From: Eremomyces bilateralis CBS 781.70
Lineage: Eukaryota
Assembly (NCBI GenBank): GCA_010015585.1
Contig: ML975157.1
Direction: 5' to 3' (one strand)
DNA: 64,000 bases
In this document: positions 1 through 14,303 of the stretch, piece after piece
Layout of the letters: the number at the start of each line of letters is the position of its first letter
Numbering within the stretch: position 1 is the first letter of the stretch
The notes under the pieces: model-generated
The model's database searches: none
Seen by the model: only the letters and a program-made list of their open reading frames with translations
What the model was told of the DNA's origin: nothing
Program-made: the position numbers and the translations under genes

Positions 1-979
1 GCTGCAAAAAGTACCTGAAGAGTGTTAGGCTGAGTGTGCACCACACTTCTCACCAGAGGGTCCTCACCGAGAACAATACAAATACAAAGTAGTTTAGAAT
101 CCAGCTTCCGGTAGCGGATTTGACGCCAAACCCGTCACTCCAGGTTCGCCAGTCGCGACATTGATTGTAGTCTGCTACCTTTAGTACATGCGAAGCGGCA
201 TAAAGAAAGGACATACCTTCGTAGCCCCAACAACAAAACACCTCATTCAGGTAGAATTTCCCCCCTGCGTCCACATTACTGCAAAACCCGCCTTTCACAT
301 CCGCCAACCAATTGCTCGTAATATCAATGAAGGCCGCAATGGCTCCGCACGCGATGCCCGTCGCCACGAGCACCAACCAAATTTGACTAGCGTCCCCCAT
401 CAAATAAAGGTAGCCGAGCAAGCCATTCGCCGAGGATTTCAAGACTCGCAATCGTTGTCGCTCCTTCGAGTACTCGAAGATCCAGTCGATGGCCGTGAGA
501 TCATCGTAGCCCACGCGTCTACCGGGGCCTTCAACATACCAGTCTAGGGCGTTTGCATCCTTGGTATCCTGAAGCTGAGCGCCCGCATCGCTCGGGCGAT
601 CGAGATAGCTGAGCATGGCATCGGTGGAATCTCGTCGTTGCGGTTGGGGTTGGGAAGCTTCGAGTCGTCCACGGGCTGGGGCACGCTGCGCTGGAGATTC
701 TATGCGGCCGCCTGATAATGGAGAGGAAAGAAATCGTGGTAGAGAAAAGCCAGGCGCAGCTTTCTTCTTTCTTTTAAATGTGGTGCTGCAAGCTGTCAGT
801 CATAAGTCTTATATGGATGTCGCAAGGCGCATAACTCACGGCTCAGGAATAGACGAGTCCAGAGGGTCCTGGGCTAAGAGAGGATCATCATTGTCACTCT
901 CGTCATCTTCCACTCGCGCTTGGAGCTGCGATGTTGAGGACTCGGCCTGCTGGTCGTATGGGGACGGCGAGTCCGACAT
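1..979 (-). CDS. CLC-family voltage-gated chloride channel (Gef1-like), 5' part; the gene runs off the window start
   Basis: Motifs YDDLTAIDWIFEY, hydrophobic WLVLVATG..AAFIDITSNWL and GFC/FCCWG are typical of fungal CLC N-termini. Start ATG at 979; after a GT..AG intron beginning at 839 (CTGAC branch) the frame continues into ORF 50..616. Confidence 0.85.
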
Positions 980-1433
980 GCCTGCTCAATGGGAAAGACA
1001 CCCGATCGCTCATACTCGGTATCTACACGGGGGGTTGCGAGTAGTAGAAACAAAACTTAGATTAACCCTGGAACATTCAAATTCAAGGCCGATCATGTAT
1101 CATCCATGTTTAGATTCGGCGTACATCAGACGCAGCCCTCCCACTCCAGTGACTTCCTCCGTTGGGTGGTGATGTCCGTCAGGGTCTGAGCACGTGACCT
1201 CGTGACGGAGTCACGGAGAGTTGAACTGATGCCTGAGGTTCTGAGTTTTTGCCTCACCTCCATCGATGCCATTCAGTTGATTGAAACTAAAACCAACCAC
1301 TCTCCAACATCCAAGGCATCGACAAGAACGGTGCAGACCAGCAGCTACCTTGTGTTCTGAACTCATCCTTTCCTCACCTATAAATCCATTGAACGGGACA
1401 CCGCATCTTCGCTGTGTTGTGGATCGATCGAAA

Positions 1434-3155
1434 ATGGAGGGAATAGATTTGGAGCAGGTCAACGCCCTCCGAGCGAAACTTGGTATCCAACCAATACCTA
1501 CCCCGGGGTCGAACGGTCTCCAGTTCAAAGACAAGGGCGAAGACGGCTCGGACCAGGAGGAAGCAAGCACGCACGAAACACGCCAGGCCGCAGCTGGCGA
1601 CAACTGGCTGCAGCTGCAAGCCGAGCAGGAGGCGAAGGACAGGCGACTGGCGCAGAAACTGCAGATCAAGAAGCAAAGGGATGCGGCACAACGGATCGCA
1701 AAGCTGAAAGGCCGGGGTTTGGGAGACCTGGACGAGGACGAGGATTTGGAGGACGCGACTTCATGGCTATTGAAGTCCAAGAAGCGACAGAAGAAGCTCG
1801 AGAAGGAGAGGCAGAAGCGACTTGAAGCCGAGCTGGCGGAGAGAGAGAAGCAGGCCGAATACACCACATCAGACCTGTCGGGCTTGAAAGTTGCGCACGA
1901 AATTGATCAATTCGGGGAAGAAGGTGATCAGATCCTGACTCTCAAGGACACGACTGTTGGAGATGACGAGGACGAGGATGATGAGCTTGAGGATCTCGAT
2001 CTACGGGAAAAAGAGAAACTCCAGGAGCGCCTGAAGTCGAAGAAGCGCAAGTTCGCTTACGATCCGAATGCCACCACAGAAGGATCCGGGCTGTTGAGCC
2101 AGTACGACGATGTCATCGATGGAAAGAAGAGGATTCAAATCTCTCTGGATGACATTCAAAAGCAGGCCACAACTCCGGACGTCACCATGAACGAGACCGA
2201 TCAGGAAGGGCCCAAGATGCCCGAGATGGATAGAAAACGGAAGAAGCGGCGGATGAGGGCTGCGGAGTTAGCTCGGCAGCTGAGAGACGGGGACAGCAAC
2301 GCCCCTGAAGACGAGGAAGTTGGGCTCATTATTGATGAAACCACCGAGTTCGTTTCCTCACTCAGAACTTCCACCGCACAAAAGAAAGAGACTCGAGCGT
2401 CAGCGGCGACACAACCCGAGCCAGCGGCGATTCCTGCGCTGAAGTTAGAAGCCGATAAGCAACCGAAAGCAGAGCCTATGAGGAGTCCTTCACCTCCTCC
2501 CGAGACGGACGCCATGGATGTTGATCTTCCCAAGCCTACCGAGCCCGCCATTCAAGAGGTAGAGAAGATTCACGACGATCTGGGAGAGGAGGAGAATCTC
2601 AACAAAGGCATGGGTGCTGTCCTCGGCATGTTGACATCTCGGGGTATTCTGAACCGCGAAGCGGAAGAGGATAAGAACGGGCTTCTCCGAGATCGCCAGC
2701 GTTTCCTCTCGGAGAAGAAGCGGCGCGAAGAGGACGCGGAACGAAAGGCGCGTCTGCAGCGCGAGCGCGACCGGCAGAGCGGCAAGCTGGATCGAATGTC
2801 TGTACGAGAGCGGGAGGACTATGCCCGAAATCTCAACGCGCAGCGCGATCAAGCAGAGTCGCGCCAGATGGCCGACATCTTCAATCGCGAGTACAAGCCC
2901 GACGTGCAGCTCAAATACGTGGACGAATACGGTCGACGACTGGATGCCAAAGAGGCTTTTAAGCATCTTAGTCACCAGTTCCATGGCAAGGGTAGTGGAA
3001 AGGGCAAGACGGAGAAGAGGCTCAAAAAGATCGATGATGAGAAGAAGAAGGAGGGGATGAGTCTGTTGGATACCAGCCGTGATACCGGTGGTATGGATAA
3101 TGCAGCACAGAATAGGGCGAAGACGAATCGGCAAGCAGGCGTACGACTTCAGTAG
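1434..3155 (+). CDS. SNU66: U4/U6.U5 tri-snRNP protein Snu66/SART-1, intronless
   Basis: N-terminal HIND-like LEQVNALRAKLGI; LSGLKVAH; ILTLKD; C-terminal YKPDVQLKYVDEYGR..KEAFKHLSHQFHGKGSGK. Confidence 0.93.
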   Translation: MEGIDLEQVNALRAKLGIQPIPTPGSNGLQFKDKGEDGSDQEEASTHETRQAAAGDNWLQLQAEQEAKDRRLAQKLQIKKQRDAAQRIAKLKGRGLGDLDEDEDLEDATSWLLKSKKRQKKLEKERQKRLEAELAEREKQAEYTTSDLSGLKVAHEIDQFGEEGDQILTLKDTTVGDDEDEDDELEDLDLREKEKLQERLKSKKRKFAYDPNATTEGSGLLSQYDDVIDGKKRIQISLDDIQKQATTPDVTMNETDQEGPKMPEMDRKRKKRRMRAAELARQLRDGDSNAPEDEEVGLIIDETTEFVSSLRTSTAQKKETRASAATQPEPAAIPALKLEADKQPKAEPMRSPSPPPETDAMDVDLPKPTEPAIQEVEKIHDDLGEEENLNKGMGAVLGMLTSRGILNREAEEDKNGLLRDRQRFLSEKKRREEDAERKARLQRERDRQSGKLDRMSVREREDYARNLNAQRDQAESRQMADIFNREYKPDVQLKYVDEYGRRLDAKEAFKHLSHQFHGKGSGKGKTEKRLKKIDDEKKKEGMSLLDTSRDTGGMDNAAQNRAKTNRQAGVRLQ

Positions 3156-4092
3156 TCGTATCAAGGCTCAAGCATCGCTTCAATCAGTATGGGACTTAGG
3201 TTACAGAACAGTTTCAATTCTGGTCTATATCTTGTCAGAGTCGGCCTCAAATGCAACCGTTCCTATGCTACTATGCTACATCCACTGAATTTGTATGGTT
3301 TCTAACAGTCATGTGTAGCCACACAGAAATAGGATGGATGCAGCTGTGATAGACTATATGATACGTAGGTCTCATTGCTGTCACCGTTGGAACACGATAC
3401 GATTCAGGGGTGATATCACGTGACCTGGGATGTTTCGGATAAATATTTTCGCGAACTCCGACTTAGTCAGTACCTGACGTTCATCCCTTGAATTGAAAGG
3501 GGCGCTGTTGGGAACAATGAATTGGTTGATCACAAAGTTAGAACATTTCATACAAGCAACATGTGTCAATAATTATCGTAGGTTGAAACATCTGATAGCT
3601 AGTACGTGTCCTATTCTACTTAACACACGACTTAACAGCAGTCTCCAGTTCATGTAGCAAAGCCACTGAAATAGAGTGGGATCGGAAGCCAAGCAAGACA
3701 AGGGATGATATCAATATCTCATTTTGCTGGACGCTACTTGTCATAGCTCCATAGAATTACGGCGCCGCATTCGTTGTATAGAAAGCTAAAGAAAACAGAA
3801 GCATATAGTCGTTCCAAAGCCAAGAAGGATTCTCAACACGTCCCGGTAGGCAGTGATGAACTGCGTTCATTTCGGAGTGGAACCAGTGAGACGGAGTATT
3901 AGCTTAGACATTGGATGCCTCGAGTTTATTAGGAGCCTCATACGGGACAGCTGTGAACTTGTCTGCTATTCCGCATGCAGGTATCCCTCATCTAAACGCG
4001 TCTGAGCATTCACACCAACCATTGCCACAGTGATACACGCAGAACATTGAACCAGCTCCCATCTTTCAGCTGGTTAGATCCGCAAACTATCA

Positions 4093-7000
4093 TCACTGCA
4101 AAGATTCCCGCAAAGATTCCCTAATCTTTTCCAGCCAAAGCTCATGCCCACACTGCGTGGACATGAACCAATCGTATAGCTCCCGCAGCGAGCCTTCCAC
4201 ATCCCGCTTCCAAGGAATACGCAGCTGATTCATCGACCGCTCTCTCCGCCGCCACTCAATGACGGTCGCCGCAGCGATGAAGAGCTGCATCCCGACGAGC
4301 AATACTTCAGTTGTGAACGACGGGGTCAAGCCGGAACTTGAGTGCCGAGCGACCAGTTCAGACCTCCGCATCTCTTTCATCGAGTCGGCAACCCACTCCT
4401 CGAGTAATAATGCCGAACCCGGATCAACAGCACCAATCTGCATACCATCAAGAACGGTACTCCATCTTTTCGCCTCGCAAACCCGGTCAATGTACAAATT
4501 TTGAGCTTCCACGTGGAACAGCTCTGCAGTTTTGTGTCCTTCTTCTTCTAGAATTTGACGGATGGATGGAAAGTCACTTTGCCGAAGGACGGCCTCACCT
4601 CCTCGTTGACCGACCATTCGCATTATGGCAGGACCACAGAATTCCGGGAGCCAGCGACATTCGACGCCCATGAAGGATACTAGCACTTCGTGTGCCATGC
4701 TCGGAATCATTAATCCAATATGCACCGAGCACATTTTCTTGCTGCGCAGGAGACGGGTGGCGATAGTGGCACCCTCCGCCCGAACATCCTCGTCATCATC
4801 CACTAAGGTATCGCTGATAGCGAAGAGGAGTTCCACAATCAATGACGTCTCGGAAACCGTTGTCCAGAAGTTCTGTAACCCTTCAATGGATTGGCAAGCT
4901 GCTAGACGCTCAGCTGGTTCCTGTAAATAATGTGAGTTACTCTCTTCATAGACGCTGGGGATAGTGGGTATGAGCTTACGTTGTAGTCGTCTAGACTTAA
5001 TCCAATGCGACCGAGGAGGAGCTTTAAGTGGACCATTTCATGCCCAACCTCGAGTCGTTCTTCGAGACACCACCCCAACAACTGGCCCCAAAGCCGGAGC
5101 CATGCATTCGAGATATCCCGAGTCGAATTCTTGGAACGAACCTGCTCTTTTATAGTCTTGTCTAGCAGCGCTACGGACTGTGCTGCCGTTAGTGGAGACC
5201 GAGGCGGTATCGGTTTGGAGCTTGGAGTCAGGAGTGTCGAAAGACTATAGACCGCCGCCTCCGTTATCTCGGAAATAGAAGATGCAAGGATTAGTTCTGC
5301 TAACACCCGACAGATGCCTTCGAGTGCCCCTGGAGGATCTAGCCTTTCGAACGATGCAAGCCTCCTGATAAAGCCGACACAGGTTGATTGACTATCGGTT
5401 TCGACAGACTGGATGGACTTGAACAAGAACGCTTCCATACGATCCTTATCTCCGAACGGCAAACCGGCTCGATAGGCAAGCAGAGCGAATTTTAGTCCAG
5501 CCTCTTGTGCAACTTGAAAGAACGGAGCCTGTGATGGGTCCCCTGGCTTCTGTAGGAGATGAGAAGTTGTAATGAGCAGCTCTCCGTATACATCAGGGAA
5601 ATGCTGGACTTGCCCAGCCTCTAGCATGGTTTCATACAGTACCAGGAGACTGTCAAACAGCGATGCAAACGTCACCGGTGATTTCACAGCCTTTAACCAT
5701 TTGGTTATGCTCTGGCCAATGGTACGAGATAAACGAGGCATATCACCTGTACTAGTCAGTGCATGTAAGAAGTTATCCCTCAAACACAAACTTACAGTCA
5801 TCAAAGCGCTTGAAAGAAGGAGCTTTAAGGAGATGCTGGAAGCACAGAATACGACCCTCAATCATGTTTTCGCATATTTCGACTTCATTCAATCTCTCCA
5901 AGGCCAGTTCGAAGTCGTGAATGTCGACGATACGCGAATATGTCCTCGCTGCCATGTCCCGAACATGCCAATTTGGACTACCACTCAAAGACTCGACCAA
6001 GTCGGCAATGCATTGACGATTAACGCCAGTTGGAGGTGCCCTGTCAAGGATATGAAGGGCAGCGAACAGGCCTTCTGAATCGTGGGAAGAGGTGGATGCA
6101 ACATTTTCCTCCATGATCTTGATGATCGTGTTCAGGATGTCAGGAAATCTCGAGTAGGAGAACCTCATCACCGTGGATGAGTTGCCGGAGCCATCTGCAT
6201 CGCTGGCACCAAGGAGTCGATCAACCAGAGTTTGGAAGAGCATCAGTGCCGCATTTCGAATGGGCCAGCTTTGCCGCGATTAGCTCTATTCAGGGATTGC
6301 AATATCATACTGGAACTTACGCGCGCGCATCGACTTGTGTAGCAAGCTGCAAGCCGACCTCGATATACGCTTCGGAGCGCTCGGCCAAGGATGACGACGT
6401 AAATATGGATCGGAGACAATTCAGCGCATGAACTTGAGAGAAGCTATCGTCAATCGCTTGGTTTGAAGTAAGTTTGCTGCATGCTAGCACATGCAGCTGC
6501 TTCATTCCCTGCGAGAAAAGCCCATCGTCTCCGTACGAGAGTAGGGAGACATATATAAATGGAAGGCCGGCGGAGCGCCGGGTTATGGACGTCCTCGTGT
6601 CCATCTTCTGGAAATTTTGCTGCAGATGTAAGTATGACACTATTTCAGAGAGGAGGAACAGTCCTCGACTTACATTGTACCAGTCCCCAAGGATACGTTG
6701 CTGACCTGCGAGCGCTAGCTGCTTGCAGCAGTCACTCAGAGCCAGCGAAACCGATGAAAACGCACCCCGGTGCCGGATTTCTAAGAGCTGCTTCTGGCAT
6801 AACCTGCCAATTGTTTCCACCAAGGACAGCCATTCCGGGTCACTAAGACGAGAGAACCCGCGGAGCTTGGTATTAATGACGAGTGCGCTCATCAGCTGGC
6901 TATTTGAATACGGTCAGCGAATCTGCATATTGTAATGACACGATGGACTTACCTCGACTCCTTTATGGCCCTCCAGGAAAAGCTCAAGACGTCTTTAGTA

Positions 7001-9215
7001 TCCAGCGACTCTTCCACACTATCCGGAAGATGCCCTTCCGGCGCATCATTGCACACGACATCCGATACGGAGCTGCAAATACGCTCTAGAGCGTCCACTA
7101 TCCCTAAGGTCCTCGAGTGCCACCAATTCCTCTCAATCTCGGAGATACTGTGGAGAGGTTTATTCATGTTCATCCACCGTATCACGTATTGCAAACTCGC
7201 CAACGTCACATGGACGGGAGAGGCCTCCACCGCTTCATGGATGGAGCGCTCTAAGATGGCTATCGCGTCTTTGAGCCGGTTCCAGAGGCGGTCCACGATG
7301 CCGAATCGGCTCTTCCACCAATCCGGACTGTTCAAGGTGTCCCCTGCATTCAGGATTTGTTCCACGGCCGAATAATTCATGGGCTCGTGTGCAGAACATC
7401 GCTGAAGAGCGAGTCCGTACAATCTCGCCACGCCGTCCGCATGATCCGCTCGTCCCGATGCGAGCGCGATCTTTTCGGCCGTCAAAACCAAATGATCGAG
7501 TTGAAACACCGGACCGCCCTTGCGCGGTTCGCGAGACAACACGTCCGAGAGTATCTGTAGCGAGAATATGCTGTCGGCACGGACGTCGGCAAAAGGATCT
7601 TGTACAAGCTGGCGCAGCCCAGATAGTAGCAGCGTATATCGGATGTTGTTGCGACAAGGCCATTTCAGTTCGGGATGGACACGAATGGACGAATATTCGG
7701 GAAAATACATTCCGGCCTTCGCGAGCATGTGGAATAGCTTAAGGCCTGTGATACGTCGCGGATATGTGGCATCGGGACTGATACAGGTTTCGACATAACC
7801 GATTATCGACCTGACGAACCGAACGTGGTTTTTATATCGATTCAGGAGGGATATGTCGGCATCTCTCCGGAGCGCCTTGGCCATGGAAGCTGCGGCGGCT
7901 CTCACCCGATCGATCAGTTTCTGAGCCAATGCGAGGAATTCTCCACGGAACCCAGGTGACGGGTCATCGGCGAGGTGATCCCAGTTTCGGCGAAGTTGAA
8001 GCAAAGACCCTTTGGTGAGGGGTCTTGTGACCGTGGAGGAGACGATAAGAATCGACAGCGCTGCTACCCGAACTGTGGGCCTTGAGTCTGGGAGAAGGGC
8101 CCCAAAGGCTTTGTCTGGCACGCGGACTACCTTATTTTGGAGGCGAGGAGTGGATTTTTCATTGCTGTCTGGAGAAGTCATTAACATTTGAACAAAACCC
8201 CTGAAAGCGGACACCAACCAAAGATCTCCACTGCACCCATCCGGATCCCAACCTGCAGAAGCTTGCACAGGATTTCGAATGCACTCTGCCTTGCTGGGTC
8301 AACAGAGTCGAGCGACCCAGCTCCATATAGATCATCCAGACCAAAGTATCGAAGCGCCGACAAATATCGCTCTGGGCCGCTGCGTGCCAAGGCTGGAAAT
8401 GCATAGGTGCTCAGGGGCCCAATCGTACTTGGGTCGTCCCGTATGATCTTCTCCAGTGGATACACCCACAGTGGGACTGCGCCTGCTTCCCAAGTGGCCG
8501 TGATGCCTTTTGGCCCGAGCAAGTACGTCAAGAAGTTTCCTGTTGCTGTGGCTGCATCTTCGAACAAGGCACATTTCAGAATATGTCCGAACAAGGCACA
8601 GGCAGGGTCATGAGGTTGTCCATCTGCTTTGAGGTCGATGGATTCAAGCGAGCTTGCTGTGGTCAGTACCTCAGTGCTTGATACCAACCCTTTCGAGAGA
8701 AAGAGGTTCAGAATGTGCAACGCCGGCTTTATGCGAACTGGGAACTGACGCTTGACAACTATGACAGTTACTTGTCCGAGAATGTTACTTACAAGGCCTT
8801 TCCTATACTCGAGGCGGATCTGGAGTAAGGATGCGAGCGTGGTGACCAGTTGTCGCATCGCTGGAGCCTTCGCGACATCCGATCTGTTCAAGTACAGTCC
8901 GAACAGTCCGACCAATGTACCATCCGTGGCAATGCTATCTCCGAGGTCCTTGTCGACAGCATAACACCGACCAAGGAGTGCGCACAACGCATTGTATGCG
9001 GCTGTACGGTGAGTGCTTGTTATATTCAGTGCCGCTGCGGTCTGGAAGCACGTGTCCCGAGTCTGTTCAAGTTCTTTGAAAATTGTGAGTTCCCGGGGAT
9101 CAGAAAAGGGGAAATCCAGGTCCGGGATGATGCGCGAGACATTTTTTGCGAAGTTGAGGAGGAGGTGCTCTGGCACCGTGCCGTCTCTGAGGATGAGACC
9201 AGATTGGAACTCCAT
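4093..9215 (-). CDS. TRM732: Trm732/THADA armadillo-repeat protein (DUF2428), multi-exon
   Basis: DAPEGHLP, SWRAIKES, TRRSAGLP, QVHALNCLRSIF and WPIRN motifs. Six GT-AG introns (donors near 8218, 6952, 6673, 6320, 5795, 4979) join the ORF fragments in frame. Confidence 0.88.
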
Positions 9216-10296
9216 CTCCGGTGTATGGTGATGCCGGATATGTGCTCTCAATTAAACGGACTGAAACAATCCAAAAGTTGATACCCCATCTCGGTCATGG
9301 ATTGCACTCGACGAGCTGGCCTGGAGGTTTGATATCAACACCTGTTGTCAAGACTATGTCGATGGTCGTCGCATATCAGAATTTATTCGAGTGGGCAGGA
9401 GCAGCAAGTCGGTCACCACAGACCCATGTCATTGTGGCGGTGCATATACACTTAACGCCTCGTCGCCTTACTGCCTCATCCTCCACCTCGCCTCGCTCTC
9501 CTGGCCATTGATGTCTTCATTGGCCATTAATGTCTTGGCGATCCATGTCTTGGCCCAACGCTGGATCAGCGCAGTCGTGCAGCAGCCAGTGCTTCACCTC
9601 ACTTCCTTTTCCGAAGCTCCTCTCCAGACACACGGTTCTCTATTCACTGCTGGATGTCATTTCGTGATCTTTTCCGATATTCAGTCTCCCAGTCTCCCTC
9701 CCTCCCTCTTTTTGTCCGCTTCTAAACCCCCCTCATACCCTTCTTGAATCCTTCTCCTCTACAATTCTCTGGATACCTATCTCTAGATCTCCGTTCCTAA
9801 CCTCCGCGATCCCTCGAGGTATCCCTCTGCCGCTCGAACACTGCCCTCTTCCACTCGCTCTTGGGATCACTGCATCTGCTCTCACCAAGCCTGTATCTGT
9901 GCATCTGCATTTCCTCCACTGGGTAAGTCGCGTGGGTTTATTTCTAATCTTCCCAGTCGGCGATAAGAGCAATTGACTCCCCATCTTTGTCCACGTTATT
10001 ATCAGGAAGTTCCTCTGTACGGGCCTTTTTGCTTGGAACGGTATACCGTTTCCGCGCATATTAACCTTCCTCAATACCACGATCAACTACTAATTTGCCG
10101 CCTAGCTATAGGTCTTATCATATACACTTCCCGTTCGATCTACCCTTTCATTGCGCCGACGTTCGATTAGTCGGTAAGAGTCAATCTTTATCAAGCAGTA
10201 TCACTATCCTTCTCACAATCGGATCTTGCAGCAATCGAATCTTCCTAGTCACCTCGAATATCCGCAGATTCGACACATCTTCTTCATCAATATATC

Positions 10297-11226
<930 letters not shown>

Positions 11227-11502
11227 TTGGCGCACCGTTGGCCGGCATACGCAGTTGTCTATCTGGCGTTTAGTTTCCCAGCGACTCAGGGCGTGGGCTT
11301 TCCCCATGCAATCCTCTGAGGTGATGGCGTTTACAAGAAGGGATTTCCGTTTTGTCCATGCGATTGCATGGAGTTTCACGTTCACAAGCACCAATGCGTG
11401 TGCATCTTCTGAGTTCTGCCATTAGGCTCAAATATCCCTTGAGTTGAGAAATCCGGATGGGTTCATCCAACCAAATCCTGCCGTGCCCGTGAATGATCGA
11501 CC

Positions 11503-12627
11503 TTACTCTAATCCAATCCGCTTCCGGTATTGTTCAATGTCGGCCCAGTAGTCTTCGTCGCGAGGCTTTTCCACAGTGCCATCATCATTGTGATGGTCCC
11601 TGCACCATTTTATAAAGTCAAATTCCCGATCATAGAGTGGAACTCCATTCTCATCCGTCGGCTCATCTTCATAGAACCGCCTATCATTCAACTCTTGTCG
11701 CTCATTTTTGATCCGATTGAGATGATCCTGGTATTTCTCCTGTTTCAAAACATTAACCCCTGCAAGAATCTGCACAGGCACACAAAGTTGCAAACCTACA
11801 TGGAATACCAGAACCACGTTTCCCGTCTGTTGATGGACAGCTTGGGTTCGTTTTATCATCCCCTGGAGGTCTCCGTCCGTCTTTAGTTTTCTCACTGTTC
11901 TCGATGCGGTCGGGTCGATCCACAGCCAGTCACCATCCTTCGCGCTATAACCCTCGGGGAAGTCATCCTCAGCAGTCTGCCAATTCCTACTGTTCCTTTG
12001 AAGCGCTTCCAAAAAGGTCGGCAAGGTCACGTTGTTGGAATAGTAGAGGGATGAGAGGCGCGTCCGATCCATCTTCCCATCATATGTATAGTGAGCCGAC
12101 AGCTTGATGCTGAATTGAGAGGCTTGTTTGTTATCTGCGCCGGGAAAGCACTCCTTGTCCTCAACCTTCATCTTCTCATTCTCACTGTGGAGGAGATGCC
12201 TCAATCTAGCGGCCAAGCTGGCCCACGAGGATGTTCTCTTGGGCAGTGAGTTGTCTTGAGTAACTCCCACCGCCTGCATTCTTCTGTCCATGATATCATG
12301 CGCCGTACTGACGAGGGTTGGGTTATCCCTGATCTTCGCTTGCAGATTATCTTGCGTTGCCGTCAATTCCGCGTGTTCATCGGCCACATCATTAGCCAGG
12401 CCCTCGAGTGTCGAATCCCACAGCTGAGGTTTGAGCGGATGTCCCGAAAGTGCCTCTGCGTACATCTCCCCGACGAAGGCCGATTGATCTTGAAGGTCGA
12501 AGCCGTGGTCAAGGAACTTCACGTCCATGTCGCTGGCTCGAAGGTGGGCCGTCATGGTGTGGACAAAGTCCTCGGCTTCCGCGACCATGTAGTCACTGCT
12601 CCGTTCGCCCTCTACGTGTTGCTCCAT
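11503..12627 (-). CDS. Hypothetical protein, no family recognised
   Basis: 374-codon ORF with protein-like composition; probable in-frame 60-nt intron 11799-11740 (GTAGGT..AACAG). Confidence 0.6.
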   Translation of the reverse strand: MEQHVEGERSSDYMVAEAEDFVHTMTAHLRASDMDVKFLDHGFDLQDQSAFVGEMYAEALSGHPLKPQLWDSTLEGLANDVADEHAELTATQDNLQAKIRDNPTLVSTAHDIMDRRMQAVGVTQDNSLPKRTSSWASLAARLRHLLHSENEKMKVEDKECFPGADNKQASQFSIKLSAHYTYDGKMDRTRLSSLYYSNNVTLPTFLEALQRNSRNWQTAEDDFPEGYSAKDGDWLWIDPTASRTVRKLKTDGDLQGMIKRTQAVHQQTGNVVLVFHVGLQLCVPVQILAGVNVLKQEKYQDHLNRIKNERQELNDRRFYEDEPTDENGVPLYDREFDFIKWCRDHHNDDGTVEKPRDEDYWADIEQYRKRIGLE

Positions 12628-13589
12628 AGGTGATGACTAGTTAAGTTTCGAGTAAGCCCTAGGCACTCTTCCACTTTGAAGTAGTCGTCAATGATGAGAT
12701 ATAATCTTAATAAGATAAGTCGAACGCAAACAAACGGTCCCTCCAAGGACAATTATGAGTTAAGGACATTGGATAGAGATCATTAGCTCACATCTGATAT
12801 CTGGAAGTGGCGTGGAGAGGTAGCGAGGTAGTTGTAGCATTTAGTCGCAAGTTTAAATGTAGACCATTTCCCTGTTGAATGCGAGCGTAAATCTGCTTGA
12901 TGAGAAGAATGCTACGATAAGAAATATTCTAATGGATACCGTAGGCAACACTCCACCGTGATAGGGCAGTGATATGAGATAGCTGGAGATATCGAAAGGT
13001 CGTCATCACATCCAGAAGGGAACACAAGCACCGAGTAAGGTCGGGTCAGCATGCAATTAGCAGCAAGAACAACGGATGAACGGGCACAAATATGGAAAGG
13101 GATTCCTATTTCCTTCATTTAGAAAACAACAGGGTGGGGGAAGACGCCATTCCCCTACTATCTGAATTGTAGGTAAGCATCCGGGCGATTGTATGCCACC
13201 GCACCTGTACATATAGTAGCACTTCGATCCAGAGCAAGGAAGCATAAGAAGGATTTTTGCCATCCATTTCAAACTATAGTACAACAGTATCTTGACATCA
13301 TTGGAAGCCGCAAGACCGATACTCACAATGTGTGAAGTGCCCTCACACAATGCACCATTCCATCACCCAACGCAGCCACCTGGATTCGTAGACAGTGCAT
13401 GGTGCTTCCATTTTCCCACCGTTTCAAGTCTATGCAGCCAACCAGCTCGCCCAAGTTGAACCCTTTAATACCATGACATAATGTCAAGAGCTTGGATTCC
13501 AAACGCCTTGCTTTAATGCATCACAAACGTACAGATAGGAATGGTCGCCGACGTGGGAGACGTGTCTGCCGTAAGTGTGGAAAACGAAA

Positions 13590-14303
13590 TTAGAAGAAAG
13601 CTCTTCGCGCAACCTGGATGATGTTAGTTAGGAATAGTCTAGAAGAAGTGGGAAATCCGCTTACCGTCCATGCTCCTGCAGCAGTGGCAACAAGCCCTCC
13701 TGAGATCATCATCTGCTTCACTCCCCTGGTGCTCTTGAAGACTATACCACTTAAAGCCCCAGCAACCACACTGTTCGCCGCATCATGCTTCCCTCGGTAG
13801 TGCCCAATCGTCGAGTTGATTCCGTTGTATACCAAGGCAACCACCCCGGCGGAATTTCCCAGGAACGGCCCTCGTCTTGTGACGGCGTTCAAGATGTAGT
13901 TCAGCTTGAGTCGCGGCGATGCGGTCGGCGGCGATTTGTTTAACCCTTCGGCAAGGCCCCATGCTCCTCCAACGGTTAGGGCTGTGAGATACGTGACGCC
14001 CGTTCCGTAGCAGAGGTCATCCGACCAGCCGCGGGAAGGCAGGGCGGAGTTAGCGCCCGGGAGGTCTGAGAGGGCCGAATCTTCGAGGGTGAGGAATTCT
14101 AGGGAGTCTTGATTGAGGCCAGCGAGGGGATGGAGCTGTGATGGGTCGTACGATGCCGTCGGGCCGGAGAAGAAGGAGGAGACATCATCCACGCCGGGCG
14201 CGGTGATGGCGCCCGGGCTGGCATCAGCGTACGATGAAGTCGGGGAAGATGTCGATGGGGAGGGGCTCGCCTTGCGGCCGGTGAAGGTGTCCCAGATAGA
14301 CAT
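13590..14303 (-). CDS. TIM23: Mitochondrial inner membrane translocase subunit Tim23
   Basis: LPSRGWSDDLCYGTG, NAVTRRGPFLGNSAG, HYRGKHD; in-frame intron 13664-13614. Confidence 0.96.
   Translation of the reverse strand: MSIWDTFTGRKASPSPSTSSPTSSYADASPGAITAPGVDDVSSFFSGPTASYDPSQLHPLAGLNQDSLEFLTLEDSALSDLPGANSALPSRGWSDDLCYGTGVTYLTALTVGGAWGLAEGLNKSPPTASPRLKLNYILNAVTRRGPFLGNSAGVVALVYNGINSTIGHYRGKHDAANSVVAGALSGIVFKSTRGVKQMMISGGLVATAAGAWTVSGFPTSSRLFLTNIIQVARRAFF

Noticed and set aside
615..1172. 185-aa + strand ORF
   Set aside because: Antisense shadow of the CLC 5' exons and promoter.
3853..4005. Possible box C/D snoRNA (GTGATGA ... CTGA)
   Set aside because: The terminal stem is only 2 bp, the C box would be sequestered in an ATGAAC/GTTCAT hairpin, and the only rRNA complement I recognise (9 nt) is not next to a D box. 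Needs an Infernal/snoscan run.
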